A DNA stretch of 64,000 bases from Nitrososphaeraceae archaeon (GTDB lineage: Archaea; Thermoproteota; Nitrososphaeria; Nitrososphaerales; Nitrososphaeraceae), in the NCBI GenBank assembly GCA_035297365.1, contig DATGZA010000015.1, forward strand, positions 1 through 64,000, in the 5' to 3' direction. The notes under the pieces were generated by a model that did not search any database, had not been told where the DNA came from, and saw only the letters and a program-made list of their open reading frames with translations. Shown one piece after another: positions 53,539-64,000 of this stretch. The translations under genes were made by a program, and so were the position numbers. Position 1 is the first letter of the stretch, and each line of letters opens with the position of its first letter.

Positions 53539-54204
53539 TTAGGAAACTTTTCTCTGAACTGTATTTAGAATTGACCTGCCAAATCTTTTTTCTAAGAGAC
53601 CTCTAAGTAAAGATAAATTTCTTATTTCTATTACGTCATCAGCCTTCTTTTTTACCATGTCTACAGGACAAAAACCCACAGTATATGAGGCCAAGTCGAA
53701 CAATTTTAAATCATTTGCACCATCGACTACTACAACAATCTCTTCCTTCTTAATATTAAATTGTTTTATGAACGGCCTTACGAGTAATGACTTGTCAGAA
53801 GTTACTCTAAGTTCAATGTCATCTAATTTTCCGTCTTTAAAAATAAGCTCATTTGAGAAGATCAAATCCAGTCCTAATTCATTTTTTAACCTATCTGTAA
53901 TTATGCTAAATCCCCCAGAGACGGCAATCATTTTCCATCCCGCTTTTTTTAACGAAGAACAGAGATCTTTCGCTCCAGGCATAATTTCCAAATTTTCAGC
54001 TATTATCCTGGCATCTTCATACTTTATTCCTCTTAATGCACGGACTCTCTTTATTATACCCTCTTCCCAATTAATATCTCCTCTTATGCCCTGTTTAGTT
54101 ATATCCCAGATTTCTTTTTCTTTTTCCGGACCAAATACTTGAGCCAAAACTGGAAGATATTCTGCATTAAGCAAAACTCCTTCCACATCAAAGATTATTA
54201 GCAT
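53539..54204 (-). CDS. serB: Phosphoserine phosphatase (HAD); ATG 54204 preferred
   Basis: FDVEGVL, VSGGF, F.N.L, DGAND. Confidence 0.88.
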   Translation of the reverse strand: MLIIFDVEGVLLNAEYLPVLAQVFGPEKEKEIWDITKQGIRGDINWEEGIIKRVRALRGIKYEDARIIAENLEIMPGAKDLCSSLKKAGWKMIAVSGGFSIITDRLKNELGLDLIFSNELIFKDGKLDDIELRVTSDKSLLVRPFIKQFNIKKEEIVVVVDGANDLKLFDLASYTVGFCPVDMVKKKADDVIEIRNLSLLRGLLEKRFGRSILNTVQRKVS

Positions 54205-54407
54205 AGGTATTTGCTTTAGCCACAATGTCTTCGATATAAAAAGTTTAGCTGATAATTATTCAAAATGTTAATAAATAAAGAAAAATTAGTATATAATTTA
54301 TAAATTTATATGGTAGCAATAATTTCTATATTAAAGTGCATTTAAATAAATATAATTAAAATCAGTAAAATTTTTTATTGGTTCATTCTACTTGAAGTTT
54401 AACAATC

Positions 54408-55625
54408 GTGATGTATGAATTATTTATTTTTATGCTTATTTTGATATTTATAATGGCCGGTGTATTGATTACTTGGGTTTATTTTCTTATTTTTATGTTA
54501 CATTCAATATCCAAATCACCAAAGTTAGAAGATTTTATTGATCATAATAGAAATAAATCTTATAAATATCCAAAAGTGAGTATTATATTGCCTGCAAGAA
54601 ATGAAGAAAAATATTTAAGCTCTTGTATTGATAGCCTTTTGAAACAAACGTATCCAAATTACGAAATTATTATAGTTAATGATGACTCATATGATGGTAC
54701 ATTAAATATTATGAATTACTATGTGGAACATAATCCTAATGTTATTATATGCACTACCCCCCCACGACCTGAAGGATGGATCGGAAAAAACTGGGCATGT
54801 TTTAATGGATATTTAAAATCGAGTGGAACTTTGTTCCTTTTTACGGACGCTGATTCGTACCATTCTGAAAATACATTGAAAATAGCTGTGGAAAATATGA
54901 TCGATAATGATTTACAAGCACTAACATTGATGCCAAAGTTATTATGTAATGATATCTTCACGAAAATTACATTACCAATACTTATTACTTTTTTGCATAC
55001 TAGATATTCACCATTAAAGGTAAATAACCCACATTCAAACTTAGGATATTTTTTTGGAAGTTATTTCATAATAACTAGAGACACGTATCAAAAAATAGGA
55101 TCGCATCAGTCGGTAAAACATGAGATAATCGAGGATGGTGCACTTGGCAAAAAAGTGAAGGAAGGAAATTATAAAATGATGATGATTAGAGGTGAAAATT
55201 TTGTTAATGCAGTTTGGGCGCGTAATTCTCGGGAATTAATAGATGCGATAGACAGATTAGTTGTACCATTACTTAAGGAAAATAAGATAAAAGCATTAAT
55301 GTTAACCATATCTCTGTTTTTTCTGTTATTGTCGCCGTTTGTTTTCTTCCCGTATTTCCTTATTTCTTATTTGTTAACTTTTGACAATTTAAATTTAGTT
55401 GTTTCTATGATTTCTGTTATTGTCGCTTCTCTAATCACATTCACAAACATCATACATACAAAGAAAACTCTTTTTTTGGACAATATTTATTCTCTGGGTG
55501 CCCCCTTAGGTGCTTTAATTATTATTTCCGGATTTATCAAAGGGATAAGTAAATCAAACAGGAACGGATTGGTAAGTTGGCGAGGCAGAAAATATTTAAT
55601 CTCATCGGATCAAAGCCCTCTTTAA
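54408..55625 (+). CDS. Membrane glycosyltransferase family 2
   Basis: PARNEE, VNDDS.DGT, GW.GK, FTDAD, EDG, W.GR.Y; N- and C-terminal TMs. Confidence 0.92.
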   Translation: MMYELFIFMLILIFIMAGVLITWVYFLIFMLHSISKSPKLEDFIDHNRNKSYKYPKVSIILPARNEEKYLSSCIDSLLKQTYPNYEIIIVNDDSYDGTLNIMNYYVEHNPNVIICTTPPRPEGWIGKNWACFNGYLKSSGTLFLFTDADSYHSENTLKIAVENMIDNDLQALTLMPKLLCNDIFTKITLPILITFLHTRYSPLKVNNPHSNLGYFFGSYFIITRDTYQKIGSHQSVKHEIIEDGALGKKVKEGNYKMMMIRGENFVNAVWARNSRELIDAIDRLVVPLLKENKIKALMLTISLFFLLLSPFVFFPYFLISYLLTFDNLNLVVSMISVIVASLITFTNIIHTKKTLFLDNIYSLGAPLGALIIISGFIKGISKSNRNGLVSWRGRKYLISSDQSPL

Positions 55626-55637
55626 GAAGTACCATAA

Positions 55638-56291
55638 TTAGCAGATTTTGTAATCTTGATTTTCTTTTTTCTTTGAAACGTATTTATTTATATATATACT
55701 ATTTCTTTCCTTCTCGGCTAATAAAAATCGCCAATATCTTTCTATGTCCTTTCGTATGCCTATTCTTTTCGTACAAATTACAATGCTTGCTTGACTCTGA
55801 TTTTCTTCTAAGTAAATATCACTATTATAATTAGTTACGTCATTTCCATTGTGTTTTGCATTAATAGAAAATGCTTGAGTTAATTTTCCTGGGCCAGAAG
55901 CCAAATTTAACAATTCATTCTTATTTCTAAATTTCTTCATTTGCTCGATCCCATTGACAGGTTCAATTGCTCTGATCAGAATTGCTCCCGCGCTCATTGC
56001 GGGTCCATGTGCAGAAATGTTAAAACAGTAATGGTTACCATAAGTAAAATAAATATAAATAAATCCTCCCCTCCCAAACATTATACTGTTTCTCTTAGTT
56101 AAACCAATGAAAGCATGGCTAGCTTCGTCATCAATATATCCGTAAGCTTCTGTTTCAACTATTATTCCAGATAACTTCAAAATCTTCTCTTCTCTTTGCA
56201 ATTTTCTGACAAGACATTTTCCTACGAGTTCTTTGGCAACAATGCAAGTATCTCTTTCAAAAAATGACCTTTTTAGAATATTAGATATCAA
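55638..56291 (-). CDS. mpg: 3-methyladenine DNA glycosylase
   Basis: IVETEAY, D.ASH, Y.Y..YG.H, LIRAIEP, GPGKL, RIGI. Confidence 0.95.
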   Translation of the reverse strand: MISNILKRSFFERDTCIVAKELVGKCLVRKLQREEKILKLSGIIVETEAYGYIDDEASHAFIGLTKRNSIMFGRGGFIYIYFTYGNHYCFNISAHGPAMSAGAILIRAIEPVNGIEQMKKFRNKNELLNLASGPGKLTQAFSINAKHNGNDVTNYNSDIYLEENQSQASIVICTKRIGIRKDIERYWRFLLAEKERNSIYINKYVSKKKENQDYKIC

Positions 56292-56391
56292 AGAAAATCA
56301 ATTAGGCAAAAATAATGAAATGTTCATATTAAAATATATCTATCCTATCTCTGTGATTGATTTAAATAGGATTTAGATCAAACAATCACAT

Positions 56392-57618
56392 TTGCAAACA
56401 GATATGGGTATTAAAACTGAGCTCAAGTTACCTCTAATACTTATTCATACTGCCTTTGGTTTAAAATTTTTTGATATAATAGCAAAAACAAAGATCGGAA
56501 AAATTTATGCAGATTTTAATACTTATCTAATGCCTCTGATTACAGCATTAGCAATTTTCTTGATATTGAGTTCTATTGTTGTCCTTTTTTCCAATGATTC
56601 GGCAAGAGCTGGTGCTAGAGATCTCGGACCTCAAAGCAATATTTTGATTCCTGGCCTAAACCCTATACTGCCTTGGACCTATGGTTGGGCAGCTTTGATA
56701 GTTACTATTGTAATACATGAAGCAGGTCACGGAATAGTTGCACGTGTCTATAATACAAAAGTTGAATCTACTGGGATAGTACTATTTCTTGGTATTCCTG
56801 TTGGTGCATTTGTAAATATTCAGCAAGACGAATTGAATAAAACAACTTTCAAACAAAAGAGTGCAATTCTTACTGCGGGACCTCTAAATAACATGATTAT
56901 GGCAGGAATCTCGCTTGTGTTGTTATTTTTTGTAGTTTCAACACTTACGCCTGTTCCTAACACTCAGCCGACTGACATAGGTTTAAAAATTCTGGGTGTT
57001 AATGATAAGTCAATAGCTCAATCCATAGGACTAGAAAAAGATTCAGTTTTGCGATCAATTAATGGAGAACCTATGAATGACGTTTCAAAATTCCGCGAGA
57101 TTTTGAAGGACAATTTAGGTTCTTACATTGAGATCAAGTGGACTTCGAGCGACAATCAAAATCGTTCTAGTTCCGTAAAACTTCCTGATGTTCCCCCTGC
57201 AAATAACATTATATTGGGAGTTTCCTTAACGAATTTAAATCCAGACCCAGTTTTAGTATTAGATATTTATAAGAATGCATTTACCTCTTCTCCATTAGCT
57301 ATACTTATGCCTCCTACCATTCAACAAGGTATAGTCCCATTTTCTGACCTAATGGCACCCTATTATACTTCGAGTCTATTTGGAGATTTCTTTCCCATCA
57401 TATCTAACTTTTTGTTTTGGAATTGGTTTATCAATTTTAATGTGGGAATTTTCAATGCACTACCAATTGCAATGTTAGATGGAGGCCAATGGTACGGATC
57501 GCTACTTGAAAAAAAGATCAAAACTAAGAATACTAGGCTTAGTCCTTCGACTATTCTAACACTTATAATGTTATCAATAGTTATAATGGCATTTGTACTT
57601 CCGTGGATTCCTTGGTAA
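56392..57618 (+). CDS. Site-2 protease (M50) with PDZ-like insert
   Basis: HEAGH, AGP..N, FNALP...LDGG; multiple TMs. Confidence 0.93.
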   Translation: MQTDMGIKTELKLPLILIHTAFGLKFFDIIAKTKIGKIYADFNTYLMPLITALAIFLILSSIVVLFSNDSARAGARDLGPQSNILIPGLNPILPWTYGWAALIVTIVIHEAGHGIVARVYNTKVESTGIVLFLGIPVGAFVNIQQDELNKTTFKQKSAILTAGPLNNMIMAGISLVLLFFVVSTLTPVPNTQPTDIGLKILGVNDKSIAQSIGLEKDSVLRSINGEPMNDVSKFREILKDNLGSYIEIKWTSSDNQNRSSSVKLPDVPPANNIILGVSLTNLNPDPVLVLDIYKNAFTSSPLAILMPPTIQQGIVPFSDLMAPYYTSSLFGDFFPIISNFLFWNWFINFNVGIFNALPIAMLDGGQWYGSLLEKKIKTKNTRLSPSTILTLIMLSIVIMAFVLPWIPW

Positions 57619-57825
57619 TTTAATTTTCATATTTCCTATTATTCTGTTCAAGTGAATTAACAAAGTATACTGAATTTACAAGGAACTTTTGATTAATTAA
57701 CTAAAACTATATTAATGGATTCAATAAATATTAGATCATTATATCAATTTATGTCTATTGGTTATATTTGTAAACTTGATTAAATAGGCATATGATTGAA
57801 TTATAAAAAAAATGGACGATAGAAT

Positions 57826-60009
57826 TTGAATAAAAAACGAAATAATAGTAAAATTAGTGTTAATGATGAGTTATTAACTCCAGTTCCACCACCCAATAAT
57901 AACAATATTACTTTATCTAATATCGAAAAATATGATCCCAAATTACATCAATCGAATCAGTTCATCCACCATCACTCTGAAAAAGGAAACTCCAATCAGA
58001 ATACTACAATATCATGTAAAGATGAGGAAAGCATTACTAAAAAAGTACTGAATTCAATACCAAAAGAGTCACAAATTACCATAGCCAGATTTGAAGGACC
58101 TAATATCGCCTTATACACAAAAAATCCCAAATTTTCTTTAACTGAATTAACTTTTTATCTTTCTTCACTATCTAAAACGTTGAAAAAACGGTTCATCTTA
58201 AGGACGGATCCCTCTATTCGTTTGCGTGAAGATGAGACAAGAAACCTAATTTCTAAAATATTGACTAAAAATGTGACCGTTTCTGCAGTTTTTTGTGATG
58301 ATGCGACGGGAGAAGTTATTCTCGAAGTTAACAAACCTGAAGCAATTGATACTGATACACTTATAAATATCGCACATTCTACTGGCTGGATAGCGCATTT
58401 AAGAAGATCTTCACACATTACATCACAAACTATTACTAATATTCATACAATTCTAAAAAGTTCTTCTAAAGAAAGGTCCAATTTCCTTAGAGATCTTGGA
58501 AAAAGAATTTTTCGTGAACCTTTAATTAAAAAAGTAGAGGAGAATGATAATCATAGCAATAGTATTTCTGATAATAATAGATCAAAACTTTCTAGCAGAG
58601 AGCTAGGAAAACCAATCAAATCGTGGAATAATTCTAAGGAAGTATTAATTTTCTGTTTAGGTGGAGTTAAGCAAGTGGGGAGGTCCTGTTTTATAGTAGT
58701 CACTTCTGAAAGTAAGATTATGCTTGACTGCGGAATTAATCCTGGGGAAAATAATAGTATAGATGCTTATCCTAGGATTGACTGGTTTAATTTTAGACTA
58801 GAAGATTTAGATGCTGTAGTAATTAGTCATGCTCATATAGATCATCAGGGATTTCTCCCTACTTTATTTAAATACGGTTATGATGGTCCGGTATATTGCA
58901 CTGAACCTACACTTCCTCTGATGTCTCTTCTACAAATGGATTCTGTTAAAGTTGCCCAAAATAATGGAGTTTATTGTCCATATGAAACTAGGGATATTAA
59001 CGAAGTTATTAAACATACTATACCTTTGTCATATGGAAAACCGACTGATATCTCTCCGGATATTACTATTACTATGAATAATGCCGGACACATAATGGGA
59101 AGTGCTACTGTTCATATGAACGTATCTGGAGTACATAATATATTATATTCTGGAGATTATAAGTATGCTAAAACACAGCTTTTAGATAGTGCAATCACTA
59201 CTTATCCACGAGTAGAGACATTGATTACAGAAAGTACCTATGGAGGATCAACAGATATTATGCCTGAACAGTACACTGTATACAATAACTTTACTGAAAG
59301 TATAAACAGAACCTTGACGACTGGTGGAAAAGTGCTCATCCCAGTACCAGCTGTTGGAAGAGCTCAAGAAATTATGCTCGTTATTGATAAGGAAATGAGA
59401 GAGGGAAGATTAGTAGAATCTCCAATTTATATAGAAGGGATGATCTCCGAGGCAAGTGGAATACATATGTCTTATGCCCATTATTTGGGGCAAGAAGTAA
59501 GACGTTCTGTTGCACAAGGAATTAATCCGTTTCAATCAGAATATTTTACTGTAGTGAATGGATATGGAAAACGGGATGAGGTGCTCAACGATCAGAATCC
59601 TGCGATAATTATGGCTACTTCTGGAATGCTAGAAGGTGGTCCTTCAGTGGAATATTTCAAAGAAATAGCAACATCTGTAAATAACAAGATAATCTTTGTG
59701 TCTTATCAAATTAACGGAACTTTGGGAAGACGTGTACTCGACGGAACGACAAATGAAGTAACAATGATGGATAAACTAGGTAAAGTGAAAGTCATTCCAC
59801 TTAGATGTCAAACTCAAAAAATAGACGGATTTAGTGGACACAGTGATTTTAATCAGATATTAAATTTTGTATCAAGAGTCAAGCCTAAACGTGTGCTAGT
59901 AAATCATGGTGAAAGAACAAAATCAGAGAACGTCGCTAGTACCATATATAATAAGCTAGGAATTCGTTCTAGTGTGCCGGATAATAGAGAAATAATAAAA
60001 CTAAGATAA
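57826..60009 (+). CDS. beta-CASP ribonuclease aCPSF1 (FttA)
   Basis: KH-like N-domain (FEGP...Y), LGG..QVGRS, SHAHIDH, AGH..GS, ESTYG, TSGML.GG, GFSGH, NHGE. Confidence 0.95.
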   Translation: MNKKRNNSKISVNDELLTPVPPPNNNNITLSNIEKYDPKLHQSNQFIHHHSEKGNSNQNTTISCKDEESITKKVLNSIPKESQITIARFEGPNIALYTKNPKFSLTELTFYLSSLSKTLKKRFILRTDPSIRLREDETRNLISKILTKNVTVSAVFCDDATGEVILEVNKPEAIDTDTLINIAHSTGWIAHLRRSSHITSQTITNIHTILKSSSKERSNFLRDLGKRIFREPLIKKVEENDNHSNSISDNNRSKLSSRELGKPIKSWNNSKEVLIFCLGGVKQVGRSCFIVVTSESKIMLDCGINPGENNSIDAYPRIDWFNFRLEDLDAVVISHAHIDHQGFLPTLFKYGYDGPVYCTEPTLPLMSLLQMDSVKVAQNNGVYCPYETRDINEVIKHTIPLSYGKPTDISPDITITMNNAGHIMGSATVHMNVSGVHNILYSGDYKYAKTQLLDSAITTYPRVETLITESTYGGSTDIMPEQYTVYNNFTESINRTLTTGGKVLIPVPAVGRAQEIMLVIDKEMREGRLVESPIYIEGMISEASGIHMSYAHYLGQEVRRSVAQGINPFQSEYFTVVNGYGKRDEVLNDQNPAIIMATSGMLEGGPSVEYFKEIATSVNNKIIFVSYQINGTLGRRVLDGTTNEVTMMDKLGKVKVIPLRCQTQKIDGFSGHSDFNQILNFVSRVKPKRVLVNHGERTKSENVASTIYNKLGIRSSVPDNREIIKLR

Positions 60010-61404
60010 ATATCCGCTTTAGAAATCATATTTGTTATTATTTTTCTCCTTGGCCTATTTTTAAATAGTAGACTTTTTAGGGCAGTTTATTTACATACTA
60101 CTGGATTGGGATATGGCTATAAAATACAAATGTTTAATATGTAATATTGTACTTTCGGGAGAAGGCGCTTCTCGTCATTATCTTGCTAACCCTTCTCATA
60201 AATTAGAGAAATTACCTCCACCTTTGAAACCACTGAAAAGTAATAGAGATAGCACGAATTAAAAGATCTTAACCTGTTTAGTTCTACAGAATGACTAGAT
60301 TATTATAACGAACGAATTATATGTGACTATATGTTCTAATTTTAAGTGATACCAGACATATCAATTATTTAATTTTGTACTTAATATCTACCTTTTTTCT
60401 TTAAATAGAAAATAAAACTTTAAGCCCCAACTTATTTCCCATAATAAGAGCTCTTTCATAGATAGTTTTGAATCAGTTTTTCTTCATGTCCTTTCTCTAA
60501 TCTATTTTTCCTCCAGTAGTTGCGATGATGACCTCGTTTTGAACCAATATTTTTTGGTTGTATCTATCTAATTTGATTTATCTCGAGATCCTATCTCTAT
60601 TCCAAGGTTATTAGATTCGAAAGAAATGAAGCACACTTGATTGAAGTAATATATTGTTTGAATGTGTATATTCTTGTTGAGTCTACATTACACATCTAAA
60701 GCATTAAGGCTTTTTAGAGATAAGAATAAAGTTACATATTTGCATGGAATAGCATTTAGAGATTTAGGTATTATCAATTTTACAAAGAAATAGTTTCTTA
60801 ATTTATTATTAATGAAATTGTTATTCAGATTTAAAATATACATAACTGGTCATATTGTGGCAGTGAACTAATTAATAAGAGTTTTCTGAAACCATATCTT
60901 TAAAGAACCGAAATATTTTTGTTACTAGGAAATTTTTGATTGATTAGTAAAAAAATAGAAAATGAAACGGAATTTATGAAGGACCGTACATGACACTCCC
61001 TCGCTGTAATATATAGTATAGAAAACTATCTACATTCAGAATTTGAGAAAGGATAATTGAAGACGTTAATCAGTATTCCAAGGATATGTCTGCAGCGATA
61101 AGGTTGCTACCCATGTATTTGGCAAAGGGAAGGACAAGAGAAATACGATGTGTTAAATATACACAACTCGATATAATTCTTTTCAGTATGAATTATGATA
61201 CAACAAGTAATGAATTCGACTTCAAGAAGGTTATTATGTCTTGAATTACGGATCCTTGTAGGTAAAAAAATCTTTTAATTTCAATTAATCAATAACCACT
61301 GTATTTTCTTTTGGTGTCATCATTCTAAATATAATTATGTGTGATGTTACCTTTTTAAGAACAATAATAAATATACATTATATGATAATTCTTTGTTGTC
61401 GGTT

Positions 61405-63156
61405 TTAGGTCTTTTTTACTTGCATCTTATAGATGTCTATTAGTTCTTGAGCAGTAGTAGAATCTTCCGGATTCTTGTCAAATCTAATCTTACCAGAAAA
61501 TTTTGGAAATCTAAGCGCCAAGCCAAAATTTATCCGAATCGAGTGTATAGCTGCTGTATGTGATGGACTAAGAGTAATCTCCGAAGCTATTACCTCGAGA
61601 ACTACTCTTGGTTTAAACCATATATCCATCTTCATATTTGTGATCACATTACGATACTTTTCTCTAATTATGTCTTTCTTCAATTCATTGTAAAGAAATT
61701 CTAAATTTGCATCAGAAAATCCAGTTCCCACTTTACAAGTACTCTGAAAAGTGTTTGTTTTTTCATCATAGACAGCGAGTAATAATGCGCCGTAATATCC
61801 TGTTCTTTTTCCTCTTCCCAAAAGCGCCCCTACGATAGTAAGGTCAAACGAATCACCCGTTGTACTGTCATACTCTCTCTTCAATTTCATCCAGAGGTAT
61901 TCTCTTGCACCTGCACTGTACTGGCTATTTAATTGTTTTAACATTAAGCCTTCACACCCATTTTTCGTGGCTAAAGAAAAGAAACGTTTAATTTGTTTGG
62001 AGTTATTCGCCGTTTTCTGTTTGACCAAATCAATTATTCCATTCATTTTGTTTTTTAGGATATTTTCTAAAATCTCTCTTCTTTTAATGTATTCATATTT
62101 TGTACAATCAATGTCATCATAGTACAAAATATCAAATAAGTATAGATTTATAGGATATTTTTTTACAATTTCTGTTATATTGTGTTTTCTTTTTCTATGC
62201 ATCAATTCCTGAAAGGGTTGAATTTTATTGTTCAAAATATTGATTGGAACGATTTCTCCTTCCACAATCAATTTATCGACCTTTAAATTTTTTATAGGAT
62301 CAACAATATCTGGATAATGTGATGTTATTTTCTCCAAACTTCTAGAAAATAATTCTATTTTAGAATTGTCTTTGTGTATTTGCACTCTTTCTCCATCTAA
62401 TTTGAATTCTGCGGAAACAATATTGTCTGCCCTTTCTAGTGCTTCTTCAGGCCCAGAAACTCTACCTGCCAACATAGGTCGTATTGGCTTGAACGGTGTA
62501 ATTTTTATTTCCTTTAACCCATTGATTTCCTTTACAGCTAATATTTCCGCAACAGTACCTAGATCACTGCAGATATTGTAACTATTTTCGATAATCTTTC
62601 TGTTACTTTTGTCACCTGTAAAGGTTATCGATAAAGCATCAATAATTGTAAAATCAGCAATTCCAAGTCTTAGATTTCCTAACAAGAATTTAATAATGTA
62701 CTTACTTTCAATAGGAGTGGCATCATTTAGCAAACTATTAACTAACCTTAATTTTGTTAATTGTGATCTTGGACCAGATGTTTTTGCTATCTTTTCGAAG
62801 GTCTTGTAAACTCTATCAACAGTGATCTTTTCACTAAAAAATGTTTGTTGATATTTCTTCATCGATATTTTGGCTGTCGCTTCACCTAAATCACCTAATT
62901 GAGCATAAACATCCTCGACCTCCCTTATGGAGATTCCAATTGAATCTGCAATTGATCTTATTGTTAATTTTTCTGCTACCCCAAGCTCTATTCCTTCATA
63001 ATCTGGGTATAATTTTCCTTGTATCAGGTAAACAATCTTTTTTATTACATCATGTGGAGTTTTCTTAAATAAACTAACGAGATGATCTGTTAGTGATATC
63101 CTACTATTTGTCTTTTCCATTTCTTGAAAGGTTTCTACAACCAGAGAAAAATCCAA
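61405..63156 (-). CDS. lig: ATP-dependent DNA ligase (TTG 63156 preferred start)
   Basis: PMLA, EFKLDGER, EGE, FD, EGLM.K, W.KLK, LRFP. Confidence 0.97.
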   Translation of the reverse strand: MDFSLVVETFQEMEKTNSRISLTDHLVSLFKKTPHDVIKKIVYLIQGKLYPDYEGIELGVAEKLTIRSIADSIGISIREVEDVYAQLGDLGEATAKISMKKYQQTFFSEKITVDRVYKTFEKIAKTSGPRSQLTKLRLVNSLLNDATPIESKYIIKFLLGNLRLGIADFTIIDALSITFTGDKSNRKIIENSYNICSDLGTVAEILAVKEINGLKEIKITPFKPIRPMLAGRVSGPEEALERADNIVSAEFKLDGERVQIHKDNSKIELFSRSLEKITSHYPDIVDPIKNLKVDKLIVEGEIVPINILNNKIQPFQELMHRKRKHNITEIVKKYPINLYLFDILYYDDIDCTKYEYIKRREILENILKNKMNGIIDLVKQKTANNSKQIKRFFSLATKNGCEGLMLKQLNSQYSAGAREYLWMKLKREYDSTTGDSFDLTIVGALLGRGKRTGYYGALLLAVYDEKTNTFQSTCKVGTGFSDANLEFLYNELKKDIIREKYRNVITNMKMDIWFKPRVVLEVIASEITLSPSHTAAIHSIRINFGLALRFPKFSGKIRFDKNPEDSTTAQELIDIYKMQVKKT

Positions 63157-63267
63157 CGGAAAAAATAACCTGCAAGGTCTATTAAGCATTTTTGAGGTAA
63201 CAACCTTTTTGTTATATTTTCATCATTATAACTTATAAATTGGATTAACTGCAATTCTAATAATATA

Positions 63268-63591
63268 ATGGGTGGAGTCAAGAAGAAACAAGTAGGTCAG
63301 TCAAAATCTAATGCACAACAGCCTGGAGAATCTTCTACTAAATTGAAAAAGGAAGAAGGAAAGGCATCTTCTAAATCTCAAAGACAGAAATCTTCTGTTT
63401 TGATTGATGATATTAATGATTTTGGGATTATAAAAGGTATGAAAGCTATAACTGTGCAGGGCGTTGCGAAAACATTGGGAATAAAGATTTCCGTAGCTAA
63501 CAATTATCTAAAAAATTTAGAATCCAAGGGGATAATCAAAATTGCAGGCGGATATAGTGGACATAAAGTTTATTCTATCTCCAAAAAATAA
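63268..63591 (+). CDS. rps25e: 30S ribosomal protein eS25
   Basis: MGG.KK start; ITV..VA..LGIKISVA...L..L...G. Confidence 0.85.
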   Translation: MGGVKKKQVGQSKSNAQQPGESSTKLKKEEGKASSKSQRQKSSVLIDDINDFGIIKGMKAITVQGVAKTLGIKISVANNYLKNLESKGIIKIAGGYSGHKVYSISKK

Positions 63592-63599
63592 ATAATTAT

Positions 63600-63998
63600 T
63601 TATATTCCTACCATTTGTTTTAAAGTTAAGATATCTGTTGGTTCTACTGTCTTGATGGGATCTATTTCTGAAATCATTTTTCCAATATGATTCATTGGAG
63701 CTGTTGTAGTTTGCTTTATAAAAAAACAGAAAGAACCATTTAAAGTTAAATATGCTATATCATTCGCTTTGAAATCTTTTTTTTGTTTCTCTGGCCCAAG
63801 ATTTAATTGTGTTTGTATGTAGCAGAAATTATCTAAATTATAGTGAACTCTTCCACTTAAGGGAAGACGTTTTAATATTTCTGATATCGTTAATGGAGCA
63901 AAGTGACGAACAAGTTCTGCTTCTATTCGTCCTTTATTTCCTACAATTATTTCAATCGGTATTCTTGAAACCGAGAAGGAACTTTTACTACTTGTATC
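63600..63998 (-). CDS. Cyclophilin-like (TM1367-type) protein, 5' end beyond the window
   Basis: Open frame ...EAELVRHFAPLT...LKRLPLSG...DIAY....SFCFF...PMNHIGK...*. Confidence 0.75.
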   Translation of the reverse strand, partial: DTSSKSSFSVSRIPIEIIVGNKGRIEAELVRHFAPLTISEILKRLPLSGRVHYNLDNFCYIQTQLNLGPEKQKKDFKANDIAYLTLNGSFCFFIKQTTTAPMNHIGKMISEIDPIKTVEPTDILTLKQMVGI

Positions 63999-64000
63999 AT

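Noticed and set aside
53539-54204. SerB motif I reading DVE instead of DxD as a sign of inactivation
   Set aside because: The nucleophilic Asp and other HAD motifs are intact; likely a lineage variant
60010-61404. 1.4-kb gap between aCPSF1 and lig as a possible ncRNA or mobile element
   Set aside because: No long ORF, GC-rich stem or terminal repeats recognised; probably decayed sequence that cannot be assigned by eye
2888-63068. Many short antisense or overlapping ORFs in the track (e.g. 2888-3166, 14205-14486, 17535-17966, 32245-32625, 48568-48897, 53657-54142)
   Set aside because: Shadows of well-supported genes; no motifs of their own

Overview
This is an AT-rich archaeal chromosomal segment. 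Gene content (eIF5A, rps25e, aCPSF1, ATP-dependent DNA ligase, CofE, F420-dependent LLM oxidoreductase, cupredoxin, many small secreted proteins) points to an ammonia-oxidising Nitrososphaeraceae genome, probably Ca. Nitrosocosmicus-like (inference). It holds one tRNA-Pro(TGG) and about 58 CDS. Most are housekeeping: purine/folate (purN, purD, purA, folD, 5-FCL), carAB, pyrF, thiamine/sulfur (thiDN, thi4, trxB, cysK, tusA), cofE, serB, apgM, map and a PiT/DUF47 pair. There are also several decayed gene remnants, including an IS6-like transposase. The standout observation is in carB. A 23-nt insert (24550-24572) sits inside the conserved GEAGE|FDYSG motif and folds into a bulge-helix-bulge-type motif. 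Canonical tRNA-splicing-endonuclease cut positions remove it exactly and restore the frame. This makes it a candidate archaeal mRNA intron in a core metabolic gene. carA, and probably carB, also appear to start at non-canonical ATT codons. All product calls come from motif recognition by eye; no database searches were run.
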